A stretch of 64,000 nucleotides of DNA from an uncultured delta proteobacterium (GTDB taxonomy: Bacteria > Myxococcota_A > Polyangia > Palsa-1104): contig CAWAWS010000033.1 of the NCBI GenBank assembly GCA_963785725.1, positions 224,001-288,000 of the forward strand. Direction: 5' to 3'. Under the pieces are notes generated by a model. That model saw only the letters and a program-made list of their open reading frames with translations. It was not told the origin of the DNA and did no database searches. A program made the translations under genes and the position numbers. This document shows, piece after piece, positions 41,802 through 51,701 of the stretch. The first letter of the stretch is position 1, and each line of letters opens with the position of its first letter.

Positions 41802-42094
41802 AGCGTCACCTCCTCGCCGTCGCTACGCGGGCTCATAGCGCGGCCACCTTGACGAAGCAAAGGCCGCCGTCGCCCGAGCCGACCGTGCCCGTGGGCGTCG
41901 CGTCATACGTGACGATCTGCCGCTCGCAGACCTTACCGCCGCCGCCGCGAACGAGCCAGCGAGCGGCGGCCGGCGTCAGGGTGTGCCTCATCTAAATTGG
42001 ACTTTATCGATTTTGCGAATCAGTCGCAGCAAGAATCATAACACGCACGGGTCGCGGCGCATCGCGCCGTCTCGCCGCTCGGTTCGGCTCGACA

Positions 42095-42649
42095 ATGGGG
42101 CGGCGCCGCTTGACGCTGCCCGGACCGGCGGGCAGGCTACAGCGCGTGCGAGCCCAACGAAAAACACGCGCGACGAGCCCCGAGACGCTCGACCGCGCGC
42201 TGGAGCGGTTTCGGCTGGTCTTGCACGAGCGGACGCTGCGCTTCTCCAAGGTGCGCGAGGCCATCGCGCGCGCGGCGCTGACCTACGACGGCCACTTCAG
42301 CGTCGAAGATCTGCTGCACGTGCTGCAGGCGGGCGGCGTGCGCGACGCGCATTTGGCGACGATTTATCGCGCGGTGCCGCTGATGGTCGAAGCCGGGCTG
42401 ATTCAGCCGGCGCTGGTGTCGAAGAGCGACGGGCAGCGCTACGAGGCGTCGTTCGAGCGGGAGCATCACGACCACTTGGTGTGCACGCAGTGTGGGCGCA
42501 TCGTCGAGTATCAGTCGGAGGCGCTGGAGGCGCTGCAGCGCGAGATCGCCGCCCGCTACGGCTACGAGCTCGACGATCACGTGCACGAGCTGCGCGGGCG
42601 CTGTAAGGAGTGCCGGCGGGTCGCGCACGAGAGTGCCGGCCGCAACTGA
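42095..42649 (+). CDS. Fur family metal-responsive transcriptional repressor
   Basis: HFSVEDL, ATIYRAVPLMVEAGLI, HHDHLVCTQCGRIVE, G.CKEC; start uncertain. Confidence 0.93.
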   Translation: MGRRRLTLPGPAGRLQRVRAQRKTRATSPETLDRALERFRLVLHERTLRFSKVREAIARAALTYDGHFSVEDLLHVLQAGGVRDAHLATIYRAVPLMVEAGLIQPALVSKSDGQRYEASFEREHHDHLVCTQCGRIVEYQSEALEALQREIAARYGYELDDHVHELRGRCKECRRVAHESAGRN

Positions 42650-42903
42650 CGGCGCCGGCCGTCGCCGCCGCGACGGCGCGTGGCGGCAACGAAGGGCCGG
42701 CGGCGCCGGCGTCGTCAGCTCGTCACGGCGCGCCCGGAATGGAAGATCGTGCCGGCGCGGTCAGCGGTGCCGCGCGACGACCGCTTCATTTCGCGACTGA
42801 TTCGCGACTTCAGTGCGCCGCCTTGGCAAGACGAGGGCGCGACGTCGACTGCAGTGTCCGGCGGAGCCATGCGCCTTCCGAGCGCGAAACCGGCGTCGGC
42901 GGT

Positions 42904-43548
42904 TCACGTTCGGCGCTTCCGCGGCTTCGTCGCCGGCTTCTCGGTCGTCGCTTCGCGGCTGGCGAACAGCGACGCTGCCAGCATGTCGCTCAAGCTGCCG
43001 ATCATTTGCGCGCGCGTGATCGGCGGATCCTCCAGGCTCATGAAATGCGCGACGGTATAAAGCATCGAGTGAATGCTGACGAAGAGCGCCGCCGGAAGAT
43101 CGTCGATTCGATAGACGCGGTGATGACGCAGAATATAGCGGCGCGAGATCTCGGTGAGCCGCTGCTCCAGCGCCACGAAGGCCGCGTGGCTGCGTAAGCT
43201 CTGCCAATTGCGCGCCAGCTCGCGCTGCGTCGGATTGGCCTCGATGGCGTCGCAGGCGATCTCGAGCAGCGTTCGCGTCAGCTTGCGCGGATCGGCGTCG
43301 ATGAGATCGCCGACATGCAGATCGACCACGGCCAAGAGCCGCGCCGTATCGCGCCGCAGCAGCTCCTCGATGATCGCGTCTTTGTCGTCGAAGTATTGAT
43401 AGAGCGAGCCGATGCTGACGCCGGCGCGAGCGGCGACGTGGTTGGTCGTCGTCTCGGCCAGACCGCGCGTGGCGATCTCTTGCGCGGCCGCTTCGAGCAG
43501 CGCAGCCACCATGTCGCGCGAACGATGCTGACGCGGCTGCTTCTTCAC
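42904..43548 (-). CDS. TetR/AcrR family transcriptional regulator
   Basis: PRQHRSRDMVAALLEAA, TTNHVAARAGVSIGSLYQYFDDK; RBS GAAGGAG. Confidence 0.93.
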   Translation of the reverse strand: MKKQPRQHRSRDMVAALLEAAAQEIATRGLAETTTNHVAARAGVSIGSLYQYFDDKDAIIEELLRRDTARLLAVVDLHVGDLIDADPRKLTRTLLEIACDAIEANPTQRELARNWQSLRSHAAFVALEQRLTEISRRYILRHHRVYRIDDLPAALFVSIHSMLYTVAHFMSLEDPPITRAQMIGSLSDMLAASLFASREATTEKPATKPRKRRT

Positions 43549-43578
43549 GGTCGCTCCTTCCCAATGACGATGACGCGT

Positions 43579-43619
43579 GCGAGCCGGACGCGAGTTGAAT
43601 GCGAGCCGATACTCGCATT
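43579..43619. promoter_or_regulatory. Putative TetR operator
   Basis: Perfect inverted repeat AATGCGAG-N6-CTCGCATT (43598-43619) plus GCGAG half-sites at 43579, 43590 and 43601 in the divergent tetR/oxygenase gap. Confidence 0.7.
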
Positions 43620-43630
43620 AGTTTTCCCGC

Positions 43631-44870
43631 ATGAGCAATCGCAATCGGCTCGTGCACGGCGAGGGTATTCCAGCGACGCCGCCGACCGCGCTGACGCGAC
43701 GGTTGCGTCGGCGCATCGCCGATCGCGACCACGCCGAGCCGAGCGCGAGCCAATGGCGGGCCATGGGCGAGTCGTTCTTCGCCGGCGATCCGCTGATGGA
43801 CCGCGTCGTCGATTGGATGGCCGCGCATGGCGTTCACGCGACGAAGCCGCTGTTCGATGCCGCCGTCGAGCGCGGCATCGCCGGCGTGCCCGACGCGCCC
43901 GACGCGTTGCGCGCGCTCTTCGCCCACGTCGAGCGGCGACCGCCGTGGGTCGATCCGGCGCGGCTCGAGGCGGGCGCGCGCTGCTACCGGCATCGCGGGA
44001 ACGGTCGGGCTCGACGTGCTGCGCGACGGCGGCTTACTGCCGGGCTACTTGGCCTCGGCGGTGAATCAAACGCTCGTGCTCACCAAGGCGTTGGAAAAGG
44101 GCGCGCAGAAGCGCGTCGCCGAGACGACCAAATGGTGGGTCGATTGCACGCGTCCGGGTGGCATGGAGCGCTTCGCCGCCGGCTTCAAGACGACGCTGCA
44201 GGTGCGCCTGATTCACGCCTTCGTGCGCCGGCATGTCGGACGACTCCCCGAATGGCAAGAGGCGACCTATGGCGTCCCCGTCAATCAAGGCGATATGAAT
44301 GCGACCAATCTAGTCTTCTCGGCGCAGTTCTTATTGGGACAGCGGGCATTGGGCGTCATCCTGACGAAGTCCGAAGGCGCCGAGGTCATGCATCTGTGGC
44401 GCTATATCGGTTGGCTCATGGGGATCGACGAGCAGTGGCTATGCGAGTCCGAAGACGCGGCCCGCATCGCGCTCTATCAAAACCTATTGACGCAGCCGCC
44501 GCCCGACGAATCGAGCCGTCAGCTCGGCGCCGCCCTGGCCGACGAGCCGCTGCAGCGCCACTATGCTCGCTTTCCTAAGCTGCAAGGACATTGGAATCGC
44601 GCCCGCCACCTCAGCATCGCGCGGCTCTTCTTGGCCGCGAACGAGATGCGCGCGCTCGGCTTGTCGCGCTGGATCTTGCCTTGGTATCCGCTGCTCACGA
44701 TAGTGCCGCGGCTCGTTTGGCACGGGCTGCATCGGCTCATTCCCGGCGGAAGAGAGCGACTGATACGCAGAGGACTGGCGCAGCAGCGCGCTTATCTCGA
44801 CGTGCTCTTCGGCAAAGACGCGCAGCGAGTCAAAGCGGTACACGAAATGAAACAGCTGCCTGCCGGATAA
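43631..44870 (+). CDS. Oxygenase MpaB / Lcp-like catalytic domain protein (+1 frameshift near 43988)
   Basis: GDPLMD, PPWVDPARLEAGA; next frame L..GY, RVAET..W, VRLIHAFVR, G.PVNQ.DM, HLWRYIGWLMGI. Confidence 0.85.
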
Positions 44871-44921
44871 CGGAAGATCGCGCGTCGTGTGATCGGCGTC
44901 GAAGCGGTCTGGCGGCGCTCT

Positions 44922-46346
44922 ATGTTACAAAGTCGCGTGAAGCTCGGCGCCGCTGCCTGGATTTCGCTGTTGACGACGGTTTTCGCGACCGCCTGCGCGC
45001 CAAAGGAGCTGCCGGTATCGACGGTGGTGACCGCCAGCGACGCGCATTTTCACCGCGTGCTCGACTACCTCCAACAGGACATGATCGCGCACGACGTCAA
45101 TGGCGCGGCCATCGCCGTCGTCGACTCCGGCCGCATCGCGACCGCGGGCGTCGGCTACGTCGACACGCTGGGCTCGGCCACGGTGCAGCCGACGACGCTG
45201 TTTCGCGTCGCGTCGCTGAGCAAGATGGTGCTCGCGGCCACGACGCTGAGCCTCGACGCGCTCGATCCGAGCCAGCCCATCACGTCGTATGTGCCGCTGA
45301 CGCTCGCCGCGCCCTTCGATCCGTCGAGCGTCACGCTGCAGACGCTGTTGTCGCATACGTCGGGGCTTCCCGACGTCGAGCCCGCCGTCGCGTGTCCCGT
45401 CGGCGCAGGCCAGCTGGCGGCGTGGTTCACGGCCCACGGCAGCGAGCCGTTATGGAGCCCGCCCGGCCAGATTTGGAACTACTCGAATCGCGGCTATGGC
45501 GTCATCGGCTGGGCGATCGAAGCGGTCACCGGCCAGGCGTTCGAGGACGTCGTCGCCGCCAAAGTCTTCGTTCCGGTCGGCATGACGAGCGCGACTTATG
45601 ACGTCGCCGCCGCCATGAATCGCGATCACGCCGTCGGCCACGCCGGCACGCGCGCGTTCGATCTCGACGCCTTCGACTGCGAGGCGACGCGTCCGGAAGC
45701 GGGCGTCATCGCCTCGGTCGTCGACTATGCCCAGCTGGCGCTGGCGCTGTTCGGCAACGCCGGCGGTCCGCTGCCGCCGACGCTGGTGAACGCGATGGAG
45801 CAGCCGCTGGCGGACACCGACACCTTGGCCAACCACGCGCAGAGCTACGGCGACGGGGTCATGGTCTTCCGCGGCATCGAGGCGACGCTGATCCACCACA
45901 ATGGCCATCTACCCGGCTATGGCAGCCAGCTGTGGGCCTTTCCCGCGCAGCAGCTGGCGATCGTCGTCTTCTACAACGACGATGGACGCGATCCAGGATC
46001 AGTCGCCGAATTCGCCGCGCACGAGTACCTCGGGCAGGAGATCACGGCGGGAGCGCCGCTCGACGTCGCCACGTCGCCGCTGGCCACCTACGCCGGGAGC
46101 TACGTCGATCCGTTCATGCTCGGGCAGGTGAGCGTCCAGGTCGTCGACGGTGCGCTCCACGCCAGCAACGCGCAGTCGCCGGCGGGGCTGTCGTTCGACG
46201 CGAACGTGCCGCTACAGCCGATCGGTGGCGACGCCTTCAACGGCGCGTTGACCGACGGCGACTCGATCACGGTGACGTTCTTCCCCGGATCGAATGGACA
46301 GTCCCAATGGTTCGCGACCCGCAGCGGCGTCGGCGTTCGCCAATGA
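44922..46346 (+). CDS. Serine hydrolase (beta-lactamase family), probable lipoprotein
   Basis: FRVASLSK (SxxK), LLSHTSGL, YSNRGY, HNG; signal ending ATAC. Confidence 0.9.
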   Translation: MLQSRVKLGAAAWISLLTTVFATACAPKELPVSTVVTASDAHFHRVLDYLQQDMIAHDVNGAAIAVVDSGRIATAGVGYVDTLGSATVQPTTLFRVASLSKMVLAATTLSLDALDPSQPITSYVPLTLAAPFDPSSVTLQTLLSHTSGLPDVEPAVACPVGAGQLAAWFTAHGSEPLWSPPGQIWNYSNRGYGVIGWAIEAVTGQAFEDVVAAKVFVPVGMTSATYDVAAAMNRDHAVGHAGTRAFDLDAFDCEATRPEAGVIASVVDYAQLALALFGNAGGPLPPTLVNAMEQPLADTDTLANHAQSYGDGVMVFRGIEATLIHHNGHLPGYGSQLWAFPAQQLAIVVFYNDDGRDPGSVAEFAAHEYLGQEITAGAPLDVATSPLATYAGSYVDPFMLGQVSVQVVDGALHASNAQSPAGLSFDANVPLQPIGGDAFNGALTDGDSITVTFFPGSNGQSQWFATRSGVGVRQ

Positions 46347-46484
46347 TGTGCCGCGTGCCGCTTCATTATCGCGGTTCTCGCAAGAGTGAAGTGCGATTTA
46401 GCCCGATTGTTTCATCATCCGCGAGGCTCTAGCTTCGGCGCATCGGCACGCTGTCCCGCCGAGAGCCTGAACGAGGAGCCGCCC

Positions 46485-47033
46485 ATGTCACGTCTCGCCA
46501 CGCCCGCTTCGATCGATGCCGCCCCCGCCGCCGCCCACGCTTCGTTGCGAGCCGTCGAAAAGCAGCTCGGCGTCGCGCCCAATCTCTTTCGCGTCGTCGC
46601 CAACAGCCCGGCGGCGCTGCAAGGCTACCTCGGGCTCAACGCCGCGCTCGGCCACGGCGAGCTCGACGCGCCGACGCGCGAGCGAATCGCGCTGACCGTC
46701 GCCGAGATCAACGGCTGCGACTATTGCCTCTCGGCGCACACCTATCTCGGCAGGCACGTCGCCAAGCTCAGCGACGCCGAGCTCGAGCGCAATCGCGACG
46801 CGACGTCGGAGGACGGCAAGGCGCTGGCGGCGCTGCGCTTCGCGGCCGCCGTGACGCGGCAGCGCGGGCACGTCAGCGACGCCGAGCTGCAGGCGGTCAA
46901 GAGCGCCGGCTACAGCGACGGGCAGATCGTCGAGATCGTGCTGCACGTCGCGCTCAATACGCTGACGAACTACGTGAACGAAGTGGCGCAGACGGCGATC
47001 GACTTCCCGCGCGTCACGCAGCGCGCCCGCTGA
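46485..47033 (+). CDS. Carboxymuconolactone decarboxylase / AhpD-like peroxidase-related protein
   Basis: RBS GAGGAG; PNLFR..ANSP, RERIAL.VAEINGCDYCLSAH. Confidence 0.92.
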   Translation: MSRLATPASIDAAPAAAHASLRAVEKQLGVAPNLFRVVANSPAALQGYLGLNAALGHGELDAPTRERIALTVAEINGCDYCLSAHTYLGRHVAKLSDAELERNRDATSEDGKALAALRFAAAVTRQRGHVSDAELQAVKSAGYSDGQIVEIVLHVALNTLTNYVNEVAQTAIDFPRVTQRAR

Positions 47034-47110
47034 AGCTCGCGGCCGCGCGCGCTGGCGCGCCAATCGAGAGGAACGCCGCCAAGCCTCGCTAATGAGGTCG
47101 GCCGTCCGCG

Positions 47111-48151
47111 TTAGGCCCGGTTGACCGGCGCATAAGGCGTCCCGAAATAGGGAAAGTCGCGACGGGTGCGCGTCGGGTCGGGCGCCACGCCGTCGCCGAG
47201 CGCTCGATTCGCGGCCAAGGTGAGCATCACATCCATGGCGTCGGCGGTCAGTGGACGGCCATTGAAGCGCTCGACCGTAAATGCAGCGGTCGAGCCGAGC
47301 TCGTAAGGCAACAGCGCCGGGCATAGGCGCGCGACGAGCGATTGCGCATGCGCCGCAGCATCCGCCGTCCCGGCATAACCGGCCATTTGCCGTACGAATT
47401 CAGCGAGCGGCCCACGAAATGCCTCGACGTCGGCAGCGGGTATCGACGTATTGAACGCCTCGCGGGCAGCCGGCTGACTCGGATCATTTAGGAATAGATG
47501 CGTCAGTAGCGGAATGCCCCAGCGCGAGACCTGCGTTTCGGGCGCGTGACCCGCTAACGAAATGGTGGCCCACGCGCGGACCGTGCCCGCGCCGATGAGC
47601 TCATTGGGCGCTTCGACGACAATCGCCGTGACATTGTGATTGGCAAAAAAGTTCTGCCGATGATTGAACGCCTCGGCATTGAAGCGCCGCTCTTGGTAGA
47701 ACGCCGCCAGGAAGGCGTGCAGCGCGGCGGCGTCGCCGGCAAAGAGATCGGGCGCCGAGCCGGCGAACACGCGCACGCGCGACCGCTGCGTCGTCGTGGC
47801 GGTCGCGCCTTCGAGCAGCAGCTCACCGCCGAGGCCGCTGCGGGCGTCGTCGCCGGTCGCGCGGCGCAAGGTCAGCGGCTGGACATGTCGATGCGCGTCG
47901 CCGGGCGCGTGCGCGACCGCGCCGAAGCGCAGCTTGAAGGTCACCTCCTCGCGCGCGTCGCCGTTCAGATCGAAGCGAAACGCGTACAGCCCTTCCGGAT
48001 GCAGCGTCCCCGGCCCCGCCAACGTGGCATCGGGATTGACCGTCATCGCCATCACCGTCGTGCCGGGATCCGCGCCCTCGAACAGGTAAACATCGCAGAT
48101 ATTGAGACTCGGATCTTCTTTGGCGAGCTTGGTATCGAAGTGATGCGACAT
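47111..48151 (-). CDS. DUF4331 family protein
   Basis: MSHHFD, DVYLF, YAFRFDLNGD, NVTAIVVE, QVSRWGIP, NGRPLT.D..D, FPYFG.P; RBS AGGAGG. Confidence 0.8.
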   Translation of the reverse strand: MSHHFDTKLAKEDPSLNICDVYLFEGADPGTTVMAMTVNPDATLAGPGTLHPEGLYAFRFDLNGDAREEVTFKLRFGAVAHAPGDAHRHVQPLTLRRATGDDARSGLGGELLLEGATATTTQRSRVRVFAGSAPDLFAGDAAALHAFLAAFYQERRFNAEAFNHRQNFFANHNVTAIVVEAPNELIGAGTVRAWATISLAGHAPETQVSRWGIPLLTHLFLNDPSQPAAREAFNTSIPAADVEAFRGPLAEFVRQMAGYAGTADAAAHAQSLVARLCPALLPYELGSTAAFTVERFNGRPLTADAMDVMLTLAANRALGDGVAPDPTRTRRDFPYFGTPYAPVNRA

Positions 48152-48486
48152 CGGCGGCCTCCTTTGGATGATTCAACCGAGCGACGATCAACGAGCATTT
48201 CTGAACCCGCGAACAGTGGCGATTGGGCCCAACTCGCGCCCTTTCCCGAACAGCCTCAGGCGCCCGGCAATTCGCCGTGCACCGAGAGCCCCGGCGTTCC
48301 CGAGGTCACGAGCCAGCGCTGCCCGGCGCCCACTTCGACGGCGTCGCCGTACTTGCCGATCTGACGCGCCACTGCGATATCGATCGTCGTGTGACTCATG
48401 GTCGCCCCTTTTCGCCGTCGTACGGTCCCTGCTCGGACGGTGATTGTACTGAAGCTCCAACGGAATTGGACGCGCGGATGGCCGGC

Positions 48487-50247
48487 TCACACGACGAGGT
48501 CGCGGCAGTCGCAGCGATGGTCGAGCTGCGCGGCGCGCGCGTCGAGCTGCGCCGCCACCGCCGCCCGCGCCGCGTCGGCGTCGGCGTCGGCGTCGAGCGC
48601 GCCGCCGGCGAGCGCGCGCCGCGCCGCCTCGACGCGCGCCACCACCAGCCGCTGCGTCGTCGTCGCGACCCGCAGCGCCTCCTCCTCGGGCGCGTACTGC
48701 GGCGTGCCCGGCAGCGGCGCTTTTTCGCCGCGCAGCTGCACCAGCGTGACCAGATGCCGATGAATGCGCCAGCGATGCGCCTCGTTGGCCGCCAACACGA
48801 GGCGCGGATCGCGCTCGCGATAGAGCGCGGCCGTGTCCACCATCATGAGCGCGCCCCGCCGCAGCATGCCGAAGCGCGGATCGACGGGCCAGATGACGTA
48901 ATCGACGAGCCCCACCGTGAGCACGCTGATCGAGATCGACAGCGTCAAGATCGCCGGCATCTCGAGGTCGATGTCGGGCCGGAAGCTCTGGAACAGCTTG
49001 ACGGCGATGACGAGCGTTCCGAAGAAGCCGGCGTTGCGCACGCGCGGGCCGCCGACGGTGAGCCAGCTGGTCGGCGCGAAGGCCAGCGCCGCCATGATGA
49101 GGAAGCTGCCCGGATCTTCGAGGTTCGGCATCAGCGGCACGACGACGAGCAGCACGACGACGAGCGCCAACACCGTGCCGCCGGCCGACAGCAGCGACTT
49201 CGAGATCGCCGTCCCGCTCGTCGCTTCCATGGAGACCGCGAGCACCGCGAAGGCGCCGGTCGACGGGCTGTAGCCGAGGAGCCGCAGGACGACGATGACG
49301 ATGAGCGCGCTCAGCGCCGTCTTCAGCGCGGCGCGACGAACCGGCCGCATCGTCTCGGCCATCGGATTGAGCCAGGCCGCGCGCGGCGGCGCCGGCGGCG
49401 GCTCGGGCGCGGCCGGCGCTTCGAAGCGGCGCATCGCCGCGCGCGCCTCGTCGAGCACCGGCGGCGGCGCGCCGCCGCCGTGGAGGCGCTCGTAGCGCAG
49501 CGTCTCGTCGACGGCGCTGGCGACCTCGAGGATGAGCGCGGCCAGCTCGACGCGGCGCCGAACCAACTCGGGATGGCGCACCTCGGCGTTCTGCTGCAGC
49601 TCGACGTGACGGCGCAGCCGCGCGGCGTCGAGCGGCACGCGCTGGCCGCGCTGCCGCGCCTCGACCTGCGCGATCTGCTGCGCCAGCGATGCCTTCAGCA
49701 CCACCAGCGGATCGTCGGGCCAGAACGTCAGCTGCGCCAGCGCGCCGATGCCGCCGCCGAGCGCGGCCTGCAGGACGCGATAGAACGCCAGCGTGATCAG
49801 CGCGCCGGGCACGAGGTGCAGGTCGCCGCCGGTGATGGCGGCGAAGGTGGCGCCGCCCGTCAGCGCCGTCGGACCCACCGGCGTGTCGCGCGCGATGTAG
49901 AGCGTGATGCCGAGGATGAGCGCCTGCAGCGCCGTATACAGCCACGGCTCGTCGAAGCCGACGATGATGAGCAGCACCGCCACCGCGCAGCCAATGACCG
50001 AGGCGCGGAAGCGCTCGACCGCGTTCTGCGCCGAGTTGCCCACCGTCGGCAGCGAGACGAGCACGACGTAGGCGACGGTCCAAAAAGGATCGCGCGGTTT
50101 GAACGTGACGACGATGAAGCAGGCCAAGAGCAGCGACGCCTCGACGCGTAAGAAGGCGCGCACACGCGGCGGATTGGGCCGGATCTCGGGCATGATGAAG
50201 GCGGCGATGCGCTCGTGCAGCGTCAGTGACGGCGCCGCCGCGTTCAT
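48487..50247 (-). CDS. FUSC family (MdtO/AaeB-like) inner-membrane efflux protein
   Basis: Two hydrophobic blocks each ending in FWP/IWP; AALKTAL; ATGA-coupled to the HlyD gene. Confidence 0.8.
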   Translation of the reverse strand: MNAAAPSLTLHERIAAFIMPEIRPNPPRVRAFLRVEASLLLACFIVVTFKPRDPFWTVAYVVLVSLPTVGNSAQNAVERFRASVIGCAVAVLLIIVGFDEPWLYTALQALILGITLYIARDTPVGPTALTGGATFAAITGGDLHLVPGALITLAFYRVLQAALGGGIGALAQLTFWPDDPLVVLKASLAQQIAQVEARQRGQRVPLDAARLRRHVELQQNAEVRHPELVRRRVELAALILEVASAVDETLRYERLHGGGAPPPVLDEARAAMRRFEAPAAPEPPPAPPRAAWLNPMAETMRPVRRAALKTALSALIVIVVLRLLGYSPSTGAFAVLAVSMEATSGTAISKSLLSAGGTVLALVVVLLVVVPLMPNLEDPGSFLIMAALAFAPTSWLTVGGPRVRNAGFFGTLVIAVKLFQSFRPDIDLEMPAILTLSISISVLTVGLVDYVIWPVDPRFGMLRRGALMMVDTAALYRERDPRLVLAANEAHRWRIHRHLVTLVQLRGEKAPLPGTPQYAPEEEALRVATTTQRLVVARVEAARRALAGGALDADADADAARAAVAAQLDARAAQLDHRCDCRDLVV

Positions 50248-51245
50248 CGGTCGCCGAGCACGGTCACCGAAGCCGTTTGGCCGACGCGCAACGGCAAGTC
50301 GGGCGGCGGATCGACGAGCCGGATGCGCACCGGAAAGCGCTGCGCCAGCCGTACCCAGTTGAGCGTCGGCTCGACCGGCGGCAACAGCCCCGTGCCCGGC
50401 CCGTCGACTTGCTGCACGGCCCAGCCGATGCCCTGCACCTCGCCGCGCAAGCGCCGTCCCGGATAGTCGAGCACGTAGACCTCGGCCGCCATTCCCGGGC
50501 GCACGTGGTGGAGAAAGGTCTCGCGGAAGTTTCCGATCACGTACCAGACGCGGCCGTCGACGAGCGCGAAGATCGGGCGGCCCTCGAGCGCGTAGTCGCC
50601 GACGGCGATGTTGAGGTTGGTGACGTAGCCGTCGAAGGGCGCGCTGACACGGCAGTAGTCGACGTCGAGGCGAGCGGCGTCGACGCGCGCCTCGGCCACC
50701 TGCAGCCGCGCGTTCAGGCTGCCATATTGCGTCAAGAGGTTGCGCGCGCGCTCCAGCTCTTGGTGCGAGCCCTCGAGCGCGGCGGACGCGGTGCGCTGGC
50801 GGCTGCGCGCCTCGGCCACTTTGTCCTCGGTGACGAAGTCACGCTTCAGGAGCGGCTCGAGCCGGCGCAAGTAGTCGTCGGCGTATTCGGACTCGGCGCT
50901 GCGCTGGCGGATGACCTGGCGCGCGGCGCCGATGGCGTTGCGCTGGGCCTCGATCTCGCTCTCGACCTGCTTCAGCTCGGCCTCGGCCTGGCGCAGCCGC
51001 GACGCGTAGGGCCGCACGTCGACGACGAACAGGAGGTCGCCGCGATGCACCGGCTGGTTGTCGACGACGTGGAGCTCGGTGAGCGGGCCCGAGACGTGCG
51101 GCGCGACGCCGATGACGTTGGCGCGCACCGTCGCGTCGTCGGTGAGCGGGCGGCGCCGGCTGACGACGACGGCGCTGCCGACGGCGACGAGGGTGGAGAC
51201 GACGATCGCGGCGGTGACGAGCCGGCCGGCCAGCACGCGCGTCAT
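50244..51245 (-). CDS. HlyD family membrane fusion protein (MdtN/AaeA-like)
   Basis: P.TDDATVRANVIGVAPHVSG, DNQPVHRGDLLF, APFDGYVTNL, GNFRET, WVRLAQRFPVRI. Confidence 0.92.
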   Translation of the reverse strand: MTRVLAGRLVTAAIVVSTLVAVGSAVVVSRRRPLTDDATVRANVIGVAPHVSGPLTELHVVDNQPVHRGDLLFVVDVRPYASRLRQAEAELKQVESEIEAQRNAIGAARQVIRQRSAESEYADDYLRRLEPLLKRDFVTEDKVAEARSRQRTASAALEGSHQELERARNLLTQYGSLNARLQVAEARVDAARLDVDYCRVSAPFDGYVTNLNIAVGDYALEGRPIFALVDGRVWYVIGNFRETFLHHVRPGMAAEVYVLDYPGRRLRGEVQGIGWAVQQVDGPGTGLLPPVEPTLNWVRLAQRFPVRIRLVDPPPDLPLRVGQTASVTVLGDR

Positions 51246-51246
51246 G

Positions 51247-51663
51247 TCAGCGCCGGTAGAACAGAACCCAGCAGGCGAACGCGATCGCCGTCGCCAGGCT
51301 CGGGTAGATGAGGATGAGAGGACCGAGGTGGCGCTCGATTCCGGTGCGCGCAAAGACGACGCGCAGCGCGGCCGACGCGACGACGGCGACGACGATGCAC
51401 AACATCCAAGCGGGGAAGAATGCGCCAGCGACGTCGATGAGCGGATCGCACGACGTGCACGCCAGCGACCCGGCCAACGCCAGCGTTCGCCACGCCGGCG
51501 CGCGCCGGCCCGCTAAGGCGGATGGCGGAGCCGTCTGCAGCGAACGACCGGCAGCCGCGCGCCGATGCCGCGGAGAAACGAGCGCCGACGTGCGCCGCGC
51601 GCGCCGCGGATCGGGGCCGATTGCGGCGATCTCAGCGATGGACCTACGACGCCGACTCCACAT
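51247..51663 (-). CDS. YtcA family lipoprotein
   Basis: CDPLIDVAGAFFPAWMLC and YPSLA...A...W.LF; the true start may lie nearer 51500. Confidence 0.8.
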   Translation of the reverse strand: MWSRRRRSIAEIAAIGPDPRRARRTSALVSPRHRRAAAGRSLQTAPPSALAGRRAPAWRTLALAGSLACTSCDPLIDVAGAFFPAWMLCIVVAVVASAALRVVFARTGIERHLGPLILIYPSLATAIAFACWVLFYRR

Positions 51664-51701
51664 GTTGTCAGCTCCCGAATGAGCCCTACACCCTTGTACG
51701 C

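Noticed and set aside
44922..46346. Beta-lactam resistance gene
   Set aside because: Motifs support only the broad serine hydrolase family; substrate cannot be inferred from the sequence
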